A stretch of DNA of 62,611 nt, counting the filler, from Kipferlia bialata (taxonomy: Eukaryota): assembly GCA_003568945.1 (NCBI GenBank). It is 3 parts of 3 records of this genome, joined end to end, with 100 filler letters (N's around TTAATTAATTAA, not from the genome) between each part and the next. Parts side by side here need not be neighbours in the genome. Positions count along the whole stretch, not along the records: positions 1 to 28,361 come from BDIP01000152.1; 2 more parts are not named here. One strand, written 5' to 3'. The position numbers and the translations under genes were made by a program. Of this stretch, positions 1 to 11,943 are shown piece after piece; within the stretch, counting starts at the first letter, position 1; each line of letters opens with the position of its first letter. The notes beneath the pieces were generated by a model that was given only the letters and a program-made list of their open reading frames with translations, searched no databases and was not told the DNA's origin.

Positions 1-26
1 AGTATGTATTATTATATGCCACACTG

Positions 27-54
27 GTGACCCGAAGGGTCACGCCGCACTAGT
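27..54 (+). mobile_element. Possible Helitron-type 3' terminus (hairpin plus CTAG|T) in a USP intron
   Basis: A perfect stem GTGACCC-GAA-GGGTCAC (27-43) is followed 6 nt later by CTAG (50-53) and T. No 5' end or coding part is visible. Confidence 0.3.
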
Positions 55-121
55 ATTGTATATATTGCATATGTAATACGTATATTATGTCGTTTCAATT
101 GATCTATCTTCTCACCTTCAG

Positions 122-832
122 CCGAGGTCCGGGGCAGGCGACTGGGTGGCAAGAGTGTCATAGTGCATGTGGTCAGAGACTACGCTGAGGTATCAGTAGT
201 GTGTATTGTGTGTTACTATTTCACTATGTAGACACTATTTAGTCATGTATAGACAGAGAGAGACTATACAGACAGAACACACTCTACACTTACGTGGCTG
301 TAACACAACATGTATAGCATCGGTCACTGTACTATTGACATTGTGCTGTGAGAGACCCCTTGTTTGGTTCTATTATCTGTCGGTTGATCACCTCTAACCC
401 CCCAGAACTCAGACTCCGAGACCGGTGACACCTTCGTCCCCACCCACCGTATACGTATAGCAGGCACTGTCTACACCCTAAGTGCAGCTGTGGTGCATCT
501 AGGCGTGGATAACGATGGGCACTACGTGACATACAGACGGGTTCCACAAGTATCAACATCAGCAGAGAATGCAACTGAGGCTGATGCTCGCTGGTGTCTG
601 TGCAACGACACTAAGGTACATTCACATGTTCATTGTGTGCAGTGTTGAATATTCGTATTATTATATTGTTATATATCTGTACAGTAAGGTACATTCTCTT
701 GTTCTTGGTCTGTACAGTATGATCAGTAATAGCTTCTTAGTGTTGTCATCCACTAACCTTTAGGTCACTTCCGTGTCTATGCTCCCTGAGATACCCCTTC
801 GGTACCAGTTGCTGCTCTACTGCAAGGAGTGA
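122..832 (+). CDS. Ubiquitin carboxyl-terminal hydrolase (USP, peptidase C19), 3' exons only
   Basis: Exons 122-189, 406-615 and 764-832 join in frame at GT-AG sites to give ...YTLSAAVVHLGVDNDGHYVTYRR...WCLCNDTK|VTSV...QLLLYCKE*. This is the USP His-box/Asp-box pattern (GHY, WxxxND). The 5' part lies outside the window. Confidence 0.8.
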
Positions 833-869
833 GACATAGTTAGAGGAATATATGTCGAACTTCATCGAG

Positions 870-1015
870 CAGGTTACCAGTTTAAAGTCTCCTAGGTTTT
901 TAGGCGTCTGCTATACTGGAGGGGGAGGTCGAAGGGCTGTTTGTGTGTCTGTGATCATTTTGCGGTTTGAGAGTCTGGTTTTCTTTTGTGTCTTTGACAC
1001 CGGTCGGTTCAATAT
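870..1015 (+). repeat. Diverged intergenic repeat A, copy 1 (copy 2 at ~2575-2735)
   Basis: Shared colinear blocks GAAGG(G)CTGTTTGTGT...TTGCGGT(T/G)TGAG(A/T)GTCTGGTT...TTTCTTTTGTGTC...CGGTTCAATA flank the 1289-2257 gene on both sides. Confidence 0.65.
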
Positions 1016-1288
1016 ATTTCATCGAGGCTCACTTGCACTGTATATGTCTAAAAGACATATAGACATTATCTTTGGTATGTATTCGAATGTTGATTTTGAA
1101 ATACGAAATGTTCCTTAGGACAGAAGCACACTGTAGTGTCTACAGTGGCAACAAGAGAACAGTGGCTGTGTGAGGTATCATGTTCTCAGGCTGAGACTCA
1201 GCTTGAAGGCATATCAACAGTTCCTTGCAGTTTCACACCACGTTTCTACTAATACCGCATACAAGAACCCTACTGTTGTGAATCCGGC

Positions 1289-2257
1289 ATGAGTCTTAAG
1301 CCCTGGTTCGAGAGATACGTTGCCCTTCACGAGCTCTCAGAGGGAGAGGAGAGGCTCTTTCCAGTGCTGGCTTCCATTGGGCACAACAAGGTGTTGCTGA
1401 CGTTCACCTCTGACAGGCACTTCAACCAGCAGTGGAGGGTTCTAAGCCTCAATGATGACCACACTGTGAGAGAGTTACCAGTAGTAGTCCCACACCTCCT
1501 CTCTTCTGCAATATGTCCAGATATGAAGAGAGTGGGAGACTTTGTCATTGTGTATGGGGGTATGGATGAGAATTCTATCCGCACAGCGGCCTTTCACTCT
1601 TACAGTGTGATAGACAGAGAGTGGCGGAGACTGGTCACGTTATCTGATGTCTCTCCGCCACCTAGATTCAAGCCCTCACTCTTCACACTGGGAGACAGCC
1701 AAAGCTTGTTCATGTGCGGCGGTTATGCAGACGAGGATAACAAATACTCAGACACATGGATGTTAGACATCCCATCTGGGAGGTGGACCCAACTGGAGGA
1801 TAGTCCTATCCCCATGGGAACACGGTACACGGGAGTCTCCGCTGGAAGTTCTTGTGTGTTTCCTGGCGACATGGGTTGCAGAATGACACAGACATCGTGT
1901 GACACATACAAGTGGGACGTCGAGTCATGGCTGTCCTGCTCTAGACACACAGATGCCCCACACAGAGTAGCTGATGGCGTTCCAGTTGGTAGATATGCTC
2001 TGCTCATCGGGTCCGTCGGGCAGGTTGCTGATGCAGCTCCCCTGGTCACACCAACCTGTCCAATCTGGCTGTATGACACTGTGTCTCATGACCTTGTTGC
2101 TTGTGATTCCCTCCCAGTACGTCTCTTTGGATCCAGCCCCGTCACTGCTGCCTGGTTCAATCCATATACTATTATTGTAGCAGGTCTGATTGACACTGTA
2201 GTGGTGGATGTAGACCAGTCGCTCCTGGGGCCAGACGCTTACACACAAGACCGGTAG
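1289..2257 (+). CDS. Kelch-repeat beta-propeller protein, intronless (322 aa)
   Basis: Kelch motifs VIVYGG...YSVIDREW and PPPRFKPSL...LFMCGGY...DTWMLDIPSGRW are present. The C-terminus VDVDQSLLGPD resembles other family members in the window. Confidence 0.85.
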   Translation: MSLKPWFERYVALHELSEGEERLFPVLASIGHNKVLLTFTSDRHFNQQWRVLSLNDDHTVRELPVVVPHLLSSAICPDMKRVGDFVIVYGGMDENSIRTAAFHSYSVIDREWRRLVTLSDVSPPPRFKPSLFTLGDSQSLFMCGGYADEDNKYSDTWMLDIPSGRWTQLEDSPIPMGTRYTGVSAGSSCVFPGDMGCRMTQTSCDTYKWDVESWLSCSRHTDAPHRVADGVPVGRYALLIGSVGQVADAAPLVTPTCPIWLYDTVSHDLVACDSLPVRLFGSSPVTAAWFNPYTIIVAGLIDTVVVDVDQSLLGPDAYTQDR

Positions 2258-2574
2258 CTTCTAGCCTTTCCTGGGGCGAGGGCAAACGTCACCGAATCAT
2301 ATCAAGTCTTCTTGGAGAAACCACAGTATCTACCCATAACTCAATATATAGAGCCTGTACAGTAACTTTGAGTGTTACTCAGAACTTCTCAGTCAGAAGG
2401 ACCATTCTTCGGGGCGACTTCTGTCCTCTCTCATATGACCCACAGCCCCTCAGTCTGAATAACACTATGAAGGGATTGGTCTGTTAACAGCATACAGTTG
2501 CATCACTGTGATACGCAACGTAACAGTATATCACATGTCTATTATCACTGAGGGGATAGGAGATAGCTATACTG

Positions 2575-2735
2575 GAGAGAGTAACCTGGTAAAAGCCTTC
2601 TTCGCCTAGTTGTGCCTGCAATACTATAGATAGTCGAGGACACGTGGTGACGAAGGCTGTTTGTGTCTATGTTCCATTGCGGTGTGAGTGTCTGGTTGAG
2701 TTTCTTTTGTGTCCTTTTAACACGGTTCAATAGAT
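2575..2735 (+). repeat. Diverged intergenic repeat A, copy 2
   Basis: Colinear similarity to 870-1015. Confidence 0.65.
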
Positions 2736-3037
2736 GTCGTAATGGGTTTCCTGTTGTGAAGGTCTGAAGCAGTACGTTGTTTCTGGTATGTCTGAAGCCT
2801 GGCTAGTGGCTTGTCAATTGAACCATGCCATCAATTAAGACATGCTACTTAACGAACACTCTGTACACTGTACAGTGTACAGTTATGGGCTTTACCCCAC
2901 GGGAGTCGGCGATAGATGGTCTCCATCATATATATGGCACATATGATGTAGGCTTTCTTTTGGAGATGATTTCTTACTGTATAGACTAGGTGAGTCTCCA
3001 CAATGCTCCCTTCTCAATCTCAAAACATCCACCCCAT

Positions 3038-4530
3038 ATGGCAGCCGAAGCACATGATGTAGGCCCTTACTTCCGCCTGGAGGGGGAGGCCGACTCCTTT
3101 GAGAGACGTATATTGTCCTGGGTGTGTGTGGGGCACAATACCATTATGGGACTATACACGGACAACAGGTGTGTACATTCTCTCTTCCAGAGCTGTTCCT
3201 ACTTTATCTCTCAATATCTGTCATAAAGCGATGACAGATATTACTCCACAACCGTTGTGTCACTAGGAATCATCCACACAATATCACGAATAACTAGATC
3301 TACCACTTGTTGCATTACATCTGTCTCTCACTCAGTATCTGGATGAAGACTCTACAGTGTGAGGCCAACAATGGTGCCACTGATGGTCTCAGCCACTGGG
3401 TCACTGTAGACATACCTGTAGAGACACCGGTGTGGGACTGGAGGGAGAGGGCCCAGGAGGATACCCGTACACTGCACCATGATCTCAGGGTGAGCATTGT
3501 CCCATCAGACTGGGGTGTGGTGTATGCTCTGGTACAGATACATACGGCCGATGAGGTGGAGGATACCTTTGTGTACGACGCTCTGGATGTATATGCACTC
3601 GAGCTCGACACCCTTACCTGGAGGCTGGTGGAGGAGAGAGAGACTGATGTCTGGCCAGATCCAGTGGAGGTAGGGACAGTTGCCTGCTTTGACGACGGGC
3701 TTGTCATTGCAGGTGGCCTCCAACAAAGGAGCGCTATAATCCATTTCTTCAGGGAGGACCACAAGCTCGTCCACTCTGACAAGATATGGAGACTTGATGC
3801 TGAGAGTGAGACCTGGGAGTTACTCGGCAGGATACCAGCACGTTACCTACAGCACGTGAGTGGGAGACATTTCCACCGACTGAGAAACATCATCGTGTGT
3901 CCCGACTACTCATATGGGTGCGTCAGCATACATGTTCACTCATCACACCAACCGAGGGGTTCTCTTGCAGGTGCACTGGGAGTATTCTCAGACAGAGAGA
4001 CATATGGGTCCAGACGGGTGGATGTAGTGTTCTCCGAGTGGCCTGGATTTGACGAGAAATATGACTTCACTCTGCATGAAACAATGCCACACATACTTGG
4101 ACGTGGCAATGAAAGCTCCTTTGCTATTACGTCCTCGTCAATCTGTTCTATTGATCGCACCCCCCCGCGGGGTGGAAAGGTCACTCTCTTTGACCTTGTT
4201 GGCCTCTGTCCTATACACAAGGTGGACCAGCCCTCAATGCAGCCATTCCTAGACTTCCTGGGAGTAGTGCCAGGAGACAATGGATCACTCACGGTCTCGC
4301 GTGGGATCTTAATCAACCCTGACACTCTCCTCATCAAGGCGCAGTGGGACCCATCAGTGAACACTGACACAGACACAGACACAGACACAGACACTGACAC
4401 AGACACTGGCACTGACACAGACACTGACACAGACACAGACACTGATGCTGATGCTGATGCTCAACAAGAACCTGTGATCACACGGCTTCTGTTGCTGAAG
4501 CTAGAGCCAGTTCTCTTCTCTCTCTTATGA
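3038..4530 (+). CDS. Divergent Kelch-like protein, two-exon family member 1
   Basis: Exon 1 is 3038-3168 (MAAEAHDVGPYFRL...WVCVGHNTIMGLYTDN), followed by a phase-2 GT-AG intron and exon 2 at 3336-4530. Motifs VYALELDTLTW, LVIAGG and IWRLDAESETW are shared with three paralogs. Confidence 0.8.
4361..4460 (+). repeat. Coding hexamer microsatellite (ACAGAC/ACTGAC)n encoding (DT)n then DADADA
   Basis: Directly visible tandem repeat, in frame. Confidence 0.9.
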
Positions 4531-5767
4531 GAACATAGAGCATATAAGAATCTCACATGCTGCTGTGTAAGAGGACCACCATGTGACATAATACAATAGA
4601 TACAATTGTCTGCAAGAGACATTTCTTGGACACTCTGGCAACCGTACTTGATTCAGAATATGTGATCACAGTATAATATATGCAGAAGCGAATAGAAAGA
4701 CGCAATACATGACGGTCCATTCCGAATGGGCCATACTTGATGATGGGACGTTCCAATTACTATTCGCTCCAGTGTTCAGGAGTCTGGTTTTCCATGATTC
4801 CAGTAGTTTTTCAATAGAGTCTACTGTGCTGTCTATAATAATAAAGTAATTGGCATGACACACATCAGTACCATACACATTTAGAGTAACAATAGTCTCT
4901 AGTCTGTGTGTATACCTGGTACATACAAACCCAGGTCACCGTAGCCCAGCAGTGCAGTAAGCTCTCTGGCACGACAGATACACGCTCTGTCTCTCTCCCC
5001 CCTTACTGTCCATTGCCTTTTGCGCTGCCCTTACTTTATTTGTGTGTCTGGCTCTATTGGGATGCGTGCATGTTTGCATCCATTGACCTGCAGTGGCAGT
5101 GAAGTCTGAGTCCATGCTGGAGAGAGTCTACTCTCACCAGCTCCATTCCTTGCTCCGGCACAGAACTATATACCCCCCCACCCGACTTCATACGTACTTC
5201 TGGTGATATACGTATTATTCCGCTGTACTCACATCCTACAAGCCCGTGTCTCCTAACCTACCTCTCAGTAAGAGGCTGTCACTCCTTAGGCCACTACCGT
5301 GGCAGTAACTTGAAATTCAAGTCTTGAATGATACACCAGGTTGGTCAGTATCAGGGGAGAGAGTGTGTGTGAGAGAGAGAGAGTCGGTATTGAAGTCAAA
5401 GTACATAACAACTTATCCCTCTGGTCAGTGTCCTCCACGGTGTGTGGTCATTCCCTCCGGCGAAAGGTCCTGTGCCGTAAGAGACTCTGGAGACCGTAGA
5501 GAGTACATGTGTTACCTAAATGGTCTCTGCAATGCGACGTGCCAACACTAAACGAGGGGCAACGAGGGGGATGCTATCTGAGGGGTAAGTACACGTATAT
5601 AGTAGATACTGCCTACTGTCACAGGTATCAGGCAAACAAGTCAGGGATTGTTCAGCAACTTCCAGGCACCTATGCTGAGTACACAATTCCATTCAGAGAG
5701 CTCTATATATATGTACTCCATATTCACTATATTCTTTCCAGATATTCGGAGTATGGCGTACATTCCA

Positions 5768-5912
5768 TCAGGACCTTGTTGCATGTTAGTGACTCCCAGT
5801 ACGTCCATTTGCATCTGGTGCCGTCACTGCCGGCTAGTTCAATCCATCCACTGACATTGTAGCAGGTCTACTTGACACTGTAGTCGTAGATTTAGACCAG
5901 TCGTTCCTGGTA
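5768..5912 (+). pseudogene. Degenerate copy of the 3' end of the 1289-2257 Kelch gene
   Basis: Aligns with ~2088-2230 (GACCTTGTTGC...CTCCCAGTACGTC...GTTCAATCCAT...ATTGTAGCAGGTCT...GACACTGTAGT...TAGACCAGTCG) and carries in-frame stops, including TGG>TAG. Confidence 0.8.
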
Positions 5913-5997
5913 AGATTCGTCTATTAACAGCATACATACGTATCATTGTGTTGCACATCCTTCTGCAACAAATCCAACAAATATATATTGGAAATAT

Positions 5998-6125
5998 CAA
6001 TACTATGGTATACAAACACACTAGATATTTATCGCTCATAGTGTGTCCTCCCTTTCCTGCAGTTTTAGGTCGATGCAGTGCAATAATCGTTTGAACCGGC
6101 CTATCTTCTGGAGCATGGCAGGGAC
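5998..6125 (+). repeat. Diverged intergenic repeat B, copy 1 (copy 2 at ~9355-9487)
   Basis: Shared blocks TACTATGGTATA...GATAT(T/A)TATCGC...GTCGA(T/C)GC(A/G)GTG(C/A)AATAAT...TTTGAAC...AGCATGGCAG. Confidence 0.65.
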
Positions 6126-6902
6126 TTCATATCATATATATATGTGTATATAGTAATGCATCCCATACTGGCACTGATACAGACGAGGCAAAGAAGATGT
6201 ACTCGTTACGCCACCCAAACAGAACAACATTGAGAGTGGAGGTGTGATAGGACAGTGGAGGGTATGTTTGGCTACTCAGAGAGTGAAGAGAAACAGAATA
6301 ACCTAGCTAGTTCATTCCGGGAGTGCGAGACTCGCACTGCGAGGTAGAATCCCAAAAAAACCGGGAACAAAGTCGACAACTTGATCGGGGAGGATGGACA
6401 AGAATCGGGAACAACTTCCGATTTTGCCATGCGTGGGGTTGATCGAAGAACCACCGATATTGATCAGCAACCGACACTGACATAGCTTATTGTATGTTAT
6501 CATATTTTATGTCTTCGGAATCCCAATTTGGGATTCCCTCCTGTGATTGTGCGCCACAGTCTGTGGCCCAGAGATGACTAGGGAGATGAGGAAGTATGTT
6601 ATTGTGTGTAATTATGTAAGCAACGAAAACCCAGAGGATATACTACCTAATAACATGACTTTGGCAAATGGACCACAACGGATCCAAATATGTATATTTA
6701 ATGGGGTTCGGTCACTCACTAAATTAGAGAGTCTCTCATAGGAACCACAAGAGTCGAGAGGTGTGGTGTTGAACTTCTCACTGTCATACCCTTATGTCGT
6801 GTCAAGTTGGCCGACAACCAAGTAGCTGGAGGCCCTGACTCGAGGTATGGTTGAGTCTACCCGGTAGACTGCATTAGACAGTTCAAGAAGACTTGACACA
6901 GT

Positions 6903-8485
6903 CTATGGGAACGGCAGTGGACCCCCTCTCTCTACCGCAATCACCAGCCAACGTGTTACTCTGATGGGCTCTCGCTCCTCGTGACGAGGCTCGTCATTGT
7001 CCAGGTTAAGATCATCATCATCATCATCATCATCAAGAAGAAGAGTATCGGGAGTGGAATAGACGCATACACCTGAGAGGATGGTGGTGGGGTTGATCAA
7101 GCCCGCAAAGAGGGTTTTGACGTAATTGATATACCCGTCAGGAATCCGATGCCTCCAGCGGAATGCCTGAAGGTCGGGTAGTGGTACAGCAGGTAGTCTT
7201 TCGAGACTGACGGTGTCATAGAGGTCTTGTGACCCACCATAGAAGTGATCATCATCAAAGTCTAGCCTACAAAGGAGACTATCTGTCAGAGCCAAGGGGC
7301 AGCTTTGGAATGTCTCTGCCCCATCCGGCCAGACTGTCGCCATTTCAGGTACAAACTCACAACTTGGACGACTTAATGTTGGCTGTAGAATGACGCAACC
7401 CTTCTCCATTATGGACTCCATACCGTCACCAATGGTAGTATCACAGAGTCCTGATATGACCATGTCTCTTACCACTATGGAACGGTCATGGGCGCAGTGT
7501 ATTTGGCAACTCATGACTTCCTGGGGGATAGTCATGGCGGTCCTCTCCCAGGCCTCAGTCTCGCAGTCAAGCCTCCAAATATCACGACACTCAATGAACT
7601 CTTCATCAACCCCTGGCTCCCCTATGTGTCGGTTGTAGGCCTCCACACCACCAGCAACAAAGAGACCTCCGTCCACACACCCATACATGAATGGGTGCAT
7701 AGGTACTGGCCAGACCTCTCCCTCTCTCTGCTCTATCAGTCTCCACGTGTCTGTATCAAGGCTGTATACATGCACATCAAGAGCGATCACCTCACATCTA
7801 CCGGATTCACGAGTGTTCCTAGCATGGCCAATGGCCGCCAGTGCATACACGACACCATACTGGGAGGGAATGAGGAGTGCTCTAATGAGGGCCCCTTCCC
7901 CAAACCCATCTGGCACAGCGTCTAGGGCCCTTCTCCAGTGCCAGTCAGGGGTGGCCTCCGAGACTGTAACCATCTCGGCATGAGTGAGACCCTCAGGTGG
8001 CACATGGGCGACGTCGAGCTGTAGAGTCATGACCTGTACCCTAGTGAATTAGATAGTGTTACTAGACCACGTATTGTACCTGTACTGGAATTAAGAACCA
8101 CACAGTGGCCTTTCCGCAAGAAGAATCGTAGTGTCGGATGCTCTAAACATGATCTAGCGATAGAAGGTAATATGTGTGATCGCTCACTCTACACTGTAGA
8201 GTCTACAGTAGATTATGGCAATCTTCGATTATAGAGTACACAGTAATAGAGCTAGAGTGACTCTTCACCTATCAGACACGCTATGTGCATAAGGAATATT
8301 ATATATATATATATATATATATTCCTTTTGTATTGTGATAAATATATGTCTTCTTACCTGCCGGTTGGCCCAATGACCATCACTGTGTTGTGGTCAATAC
8401 ACACACAGTTGTGGAAAAGACGCCTGTTAACGTCGCCAGCGTCTGCATCGAGATGGAAGTCTATCGCATGATCTATGGGATCCAT
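6903..8485 (-). CDS. Divergent Kelch-like protein, two-exon family member 2
   Basis: Exon 1 is 8485-8358 (MDPIDHAIDF...CVCIDHNTVMVIGPTG) with the same phase-2 intron, and exon 2 is 8040-6903. Motifs VYSLDTDTW, LFVAGG, IWRLDCETEAW and LINPTT are present, with poly-D near the C-terminus. Confidence 0.8.
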
Positions 8486-9354
8486 ATCAGTATATCTGTC
8501 ACGCTGCACTACTGGGGGTGGAAGAGACTGCTCGTCGAACACTACCAAGTCATGTGTAGAATTGAAAGCCTATCATTGAGGCCCCCACCTTGAGGGTGTC
8601 ATTAGCGGCAGGTCTCACTACCAATTTAGTGGCTGTACTCTGCTGCTTCCAGGCAACGAGTAGGTTGCTCAGACTCTAGGAAGCACCATGGGTGATACGT
8701 TTTACTTTCACATTTACGATGGATGGAGTTACCATGTTTACTGAACACATGTATTTGAAAAGTGAGCAGCATGTGTACCTATTGTGCTCCGTTACCTCTT
8801 CAGTGACTGAAGTACAGTCTGATACAATGCGTCAGCAGTTTCAGATGAAACATACTCCTCCATCTCTAACGTAGGAATGTGTATCGCTGTTTAGTACCGT
8901 GAATTTGTTGAGACCTCATAGGACTGGTAGAGTGCGTATATGATACATTAGTGTAATGAGACATTAGTGTCTCACAGACAACTGGACAGGATGTGATAAC
9001 CAGTGGCATGGATATGTAATCGCTATATGGAATAACATCCATCCATACAACACGCCTCCTTGACACTGTAGTGATGGATGGAGAGCAGTCGTTTCTGGGT
9101 CCAGAGACTGGACTATTCTGTATGTCTGGAGTCCAGACGTATACACAAAGACCGACATCTTGTAGTCTGACTGGGACGTGTGCAAACGACTGAAATGTCT
9201 CAAGTCCTGCTGTAGCAACCACATCCATCATTCAATATATACTCCGCAAATTAGTGACGCAAGATCTGAGAGGAAGACCTAGTACTCGTCTCTCTGTCTT
9301 GTCTAATAACGGTAATACGATGCCTGCTAGAACCTCCAATTCTCTATTAGTAAC

Positions 9355-9487
9355 AATACTATGGTATAGTAATACAGTTGATATATATCGCAATCAGTGT
9401 AACATCCTGCAACAATCTAGTGCAGTGCTAGTCGACGCGGTGAAATAATATTTTGAACAGGCTCGACACAACAGAAGCATGGCAGTA
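9355..9487 (+). repeat. Diverged intergenic repeat B, copy 2
   Basis: Colinear similarity to 5998-6125. Confidence 0.65.
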
Positions 9488-9687
9488 TCAAAGTCACTTA
9501 GCGTATTGGTGACTACTATTCACTGTATAGTATTCAACTCTATTTCTGTTAACTGGTGTTTTGGGCATCTATTCTAAATGAGCCAGGAAAAGAGAGCGCT
9601 ACTCTTGGATATAATGTATGGTCGGTGCAAAGGTCTAGAATGCAGTAGTGTCATTGACATGAATCCTGTAAATGGCAGTATATCCTC

Positions 9688-11109
9688 TTACACACCAGGA
9701 TAGGAGAAGAGTGCTGGCAGTAACTCCAGGACAAAGAGACGAGTAACCACATTCTCTCTGACGCCATTGACTGTACACTCCAGATTCAGCAGGAAAGTGT
9801 CGGGGTTGATCAAAGAGCCACACAAGATCTTGAGATCGGCAGTTTCAGTAGCCAATACACCTAGATGGTCTAGAATAGGCGGCAGCATGTAGGGCTGGGG
9901 GACGTTGTGTAAAGGACATAGACCAACAGGATCAAACAGAGTGGCTTTGTCATCTTCATACATCAGCCTGTAGCTCTCTATGGAAAGGAGAGAGTTGGCT
10001 GAAATTGGAACAGAGCAAGAGTCAGATTGTCCTAGTATGTGGTAAATTGGTTCACACTCGTTAAACTCATATTCTCCCACTTCAAACTGAGGCCACTCGG
10101 AGAACACCACATCCACCCTTCTTGTCCCATCTCTCTCCCTCTCAGAGACAACTCTTCGCTTTGGAGAGACACCCGTGGGTTGTGGTGATGAGGTGAGGTG
10201 TATGCTGACACAGCCATATGAACCTGGGTACACAATGGTGTTCCCCACAAGATGGAACTTTCTCCCTCTCATGTGCCGAAGGGCATCTGCTGGTATCTTA
10301 CCAAGCAACTTCCAGGTCTCACTCTCAGCATCGAGTCTCCATATTGTGTTGGATACAATGCGCTTGGGGTCCTGTCTCAAGAAGTAGGCCCTGACACTCT
10401 CCTGTTGGAGACCACCTGCAATGACAAGCCCATAGTCAATGCACGCAAATGCCCGCACCTCCATAGGGACTGGCCATACATCACCCTCCCTCTGGTCCAC
10501 CAGCCCCCAGGTGAGGGTGTCAAGCTCGAGTACATAGACATCCAGAGCATCGTAAACACGGATATCCTCTTCCTCATCTGCCGTCCATATCTGTACCAGT
10601 ACATACACCACACCCCAGTCTGAGGGGACAAGGCTCACCCTGAGTCCATCGTGTAGGGCAGGGGTGTCCCTGTACAGCTCTGCCCTCTCCCTCCAGTCCC
10701 ACACCGGTGTCTCTACAGGTTTGTCTACAGTGACCCAGCGGCTGAGACCATCACTCTTCTTCTTCTTGTTCTCAAGCTGTAGAGTCTTCATCCAAACACT
10801 GAGTGAGAGAGAGTTGCAATGTAACAGTAGTAGATCTATTAGTTGCCAACTACTGTAGTTGGTGAGACTGTGGATGAATTCTAATGACACAACGGTTGTC
10901 ATGTACTATCTGATATGGATTTATGACACATATAGTAGTAGGAAGTAGGAAAAGCTCTGGAAGAGCGACTGTACACACCTGTTGTCCATGTATAGTCCCA
11001 TAATGGTGTTGTGACCCACACAGACCCATGACCGTACTTCTCTCTCAAGGGGGTTAGCCTCTCCCTCCAGGCTAAGGTAGGGGCCTCTATCCTGTACTTG
11101 GGCTGCCAT
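9688..11109 (-). CDS. Divergent Kelch-like protein, two-exon family member 3 (closest paralog of member 1, inverted)
   Basis: Exon 1 is 11109-10979 and exon 2 is 10798-9688. Protein, intron and about 150 nt of 5' flank all align with 2890-4530. Confidence 0.85.
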
Positions 11110-11449
11110 CTTACTTTGATACAGTGTGATTAAGAAGGGAGCATTGTGAAGACTTACCTGGTGTATACAGCAAGACACCATCTCTAAAAGGAAGCCAAGA
11201 TATAGGCCATAAACAATTGGATATGGAGACCATTTCTCGCCATCTCCCACCCTGTAATTCCTATCACTATACGGCGTGACTGGCTGAGCGTGTTACGTGA
11301 AGTAGCCTGTCTAGACGCATTACATGCTTCTCTGGATATATTTATTATTGCTAAATATAATTGGGCATTGTGATGTAAGCTTTGTTGATATTTCATCCTT
11401 AAGCTGGTCTATAGGTAGCTACAGCCTGTAGCCTACAGGCTGCTGGATC

Positions 11450-11545
11450 AGAATGGAATGGTCACTCTCTTTGACCTCGTTGGCCTTTACCTTTTCCATG
11501 AGGTGCCCAAGCCCTCTTTGCAGCCATTACTGGACCTCATGAATA
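11450..11545 (+). pseudogene. Orphan fragment of the two-exon Kelch-like family
   Basis: Encodes NGMVTLFDLVGLYLFHEVPKPSLQPLLDL, matching GGKVTLFDLVGLCPIHKVDQPSMQPFLDF at ~4170-4260. There is no surrounding gene. Confidence 0.7.
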
Positions 11546-11943
11546 CTGGACTCAGGGCTACTAGGGGTAAGCTATCTGGGGGGGGGCAGTGTAAGAATAT
11601 AATAGACACTATTTTTGAGAGGTAATGTATACAAATCAGGGATTGCTGGTGAATGCTGTAGTAACACAGAGTAGACACAATCCCATTCAGATGTCTATTT
11701 TGCCCAACACATGCCATATTCTTTCTATTCTTTCCGGTCTCTCTCTCGATATAGGCAGTAGTGCGAACACTCCACCCCCGATTCTTGCACCCACCTGGCG
11801 GGCTCGGAATGCTGGGATCCCAACGAGAGTCTATCTCAGAAGATACACTGTCACAAGCACACTGATAACAGCACTCCCACAGAGCAGGTTTCTCAACGTA
11901 GCAGCGTCCTTCTCTCTCTTCCTCTCCTCTATCCTCTCTTGCT

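Noticed and set aside
8640..9300. Possible gene remnant (ORFs 8866-9231 and 8964-9224); similar cases at 4900-5300, 13960-14260 and 49300-49580
   Set aside because: I found no recognisable motif, paralog match or coherent exon chain.
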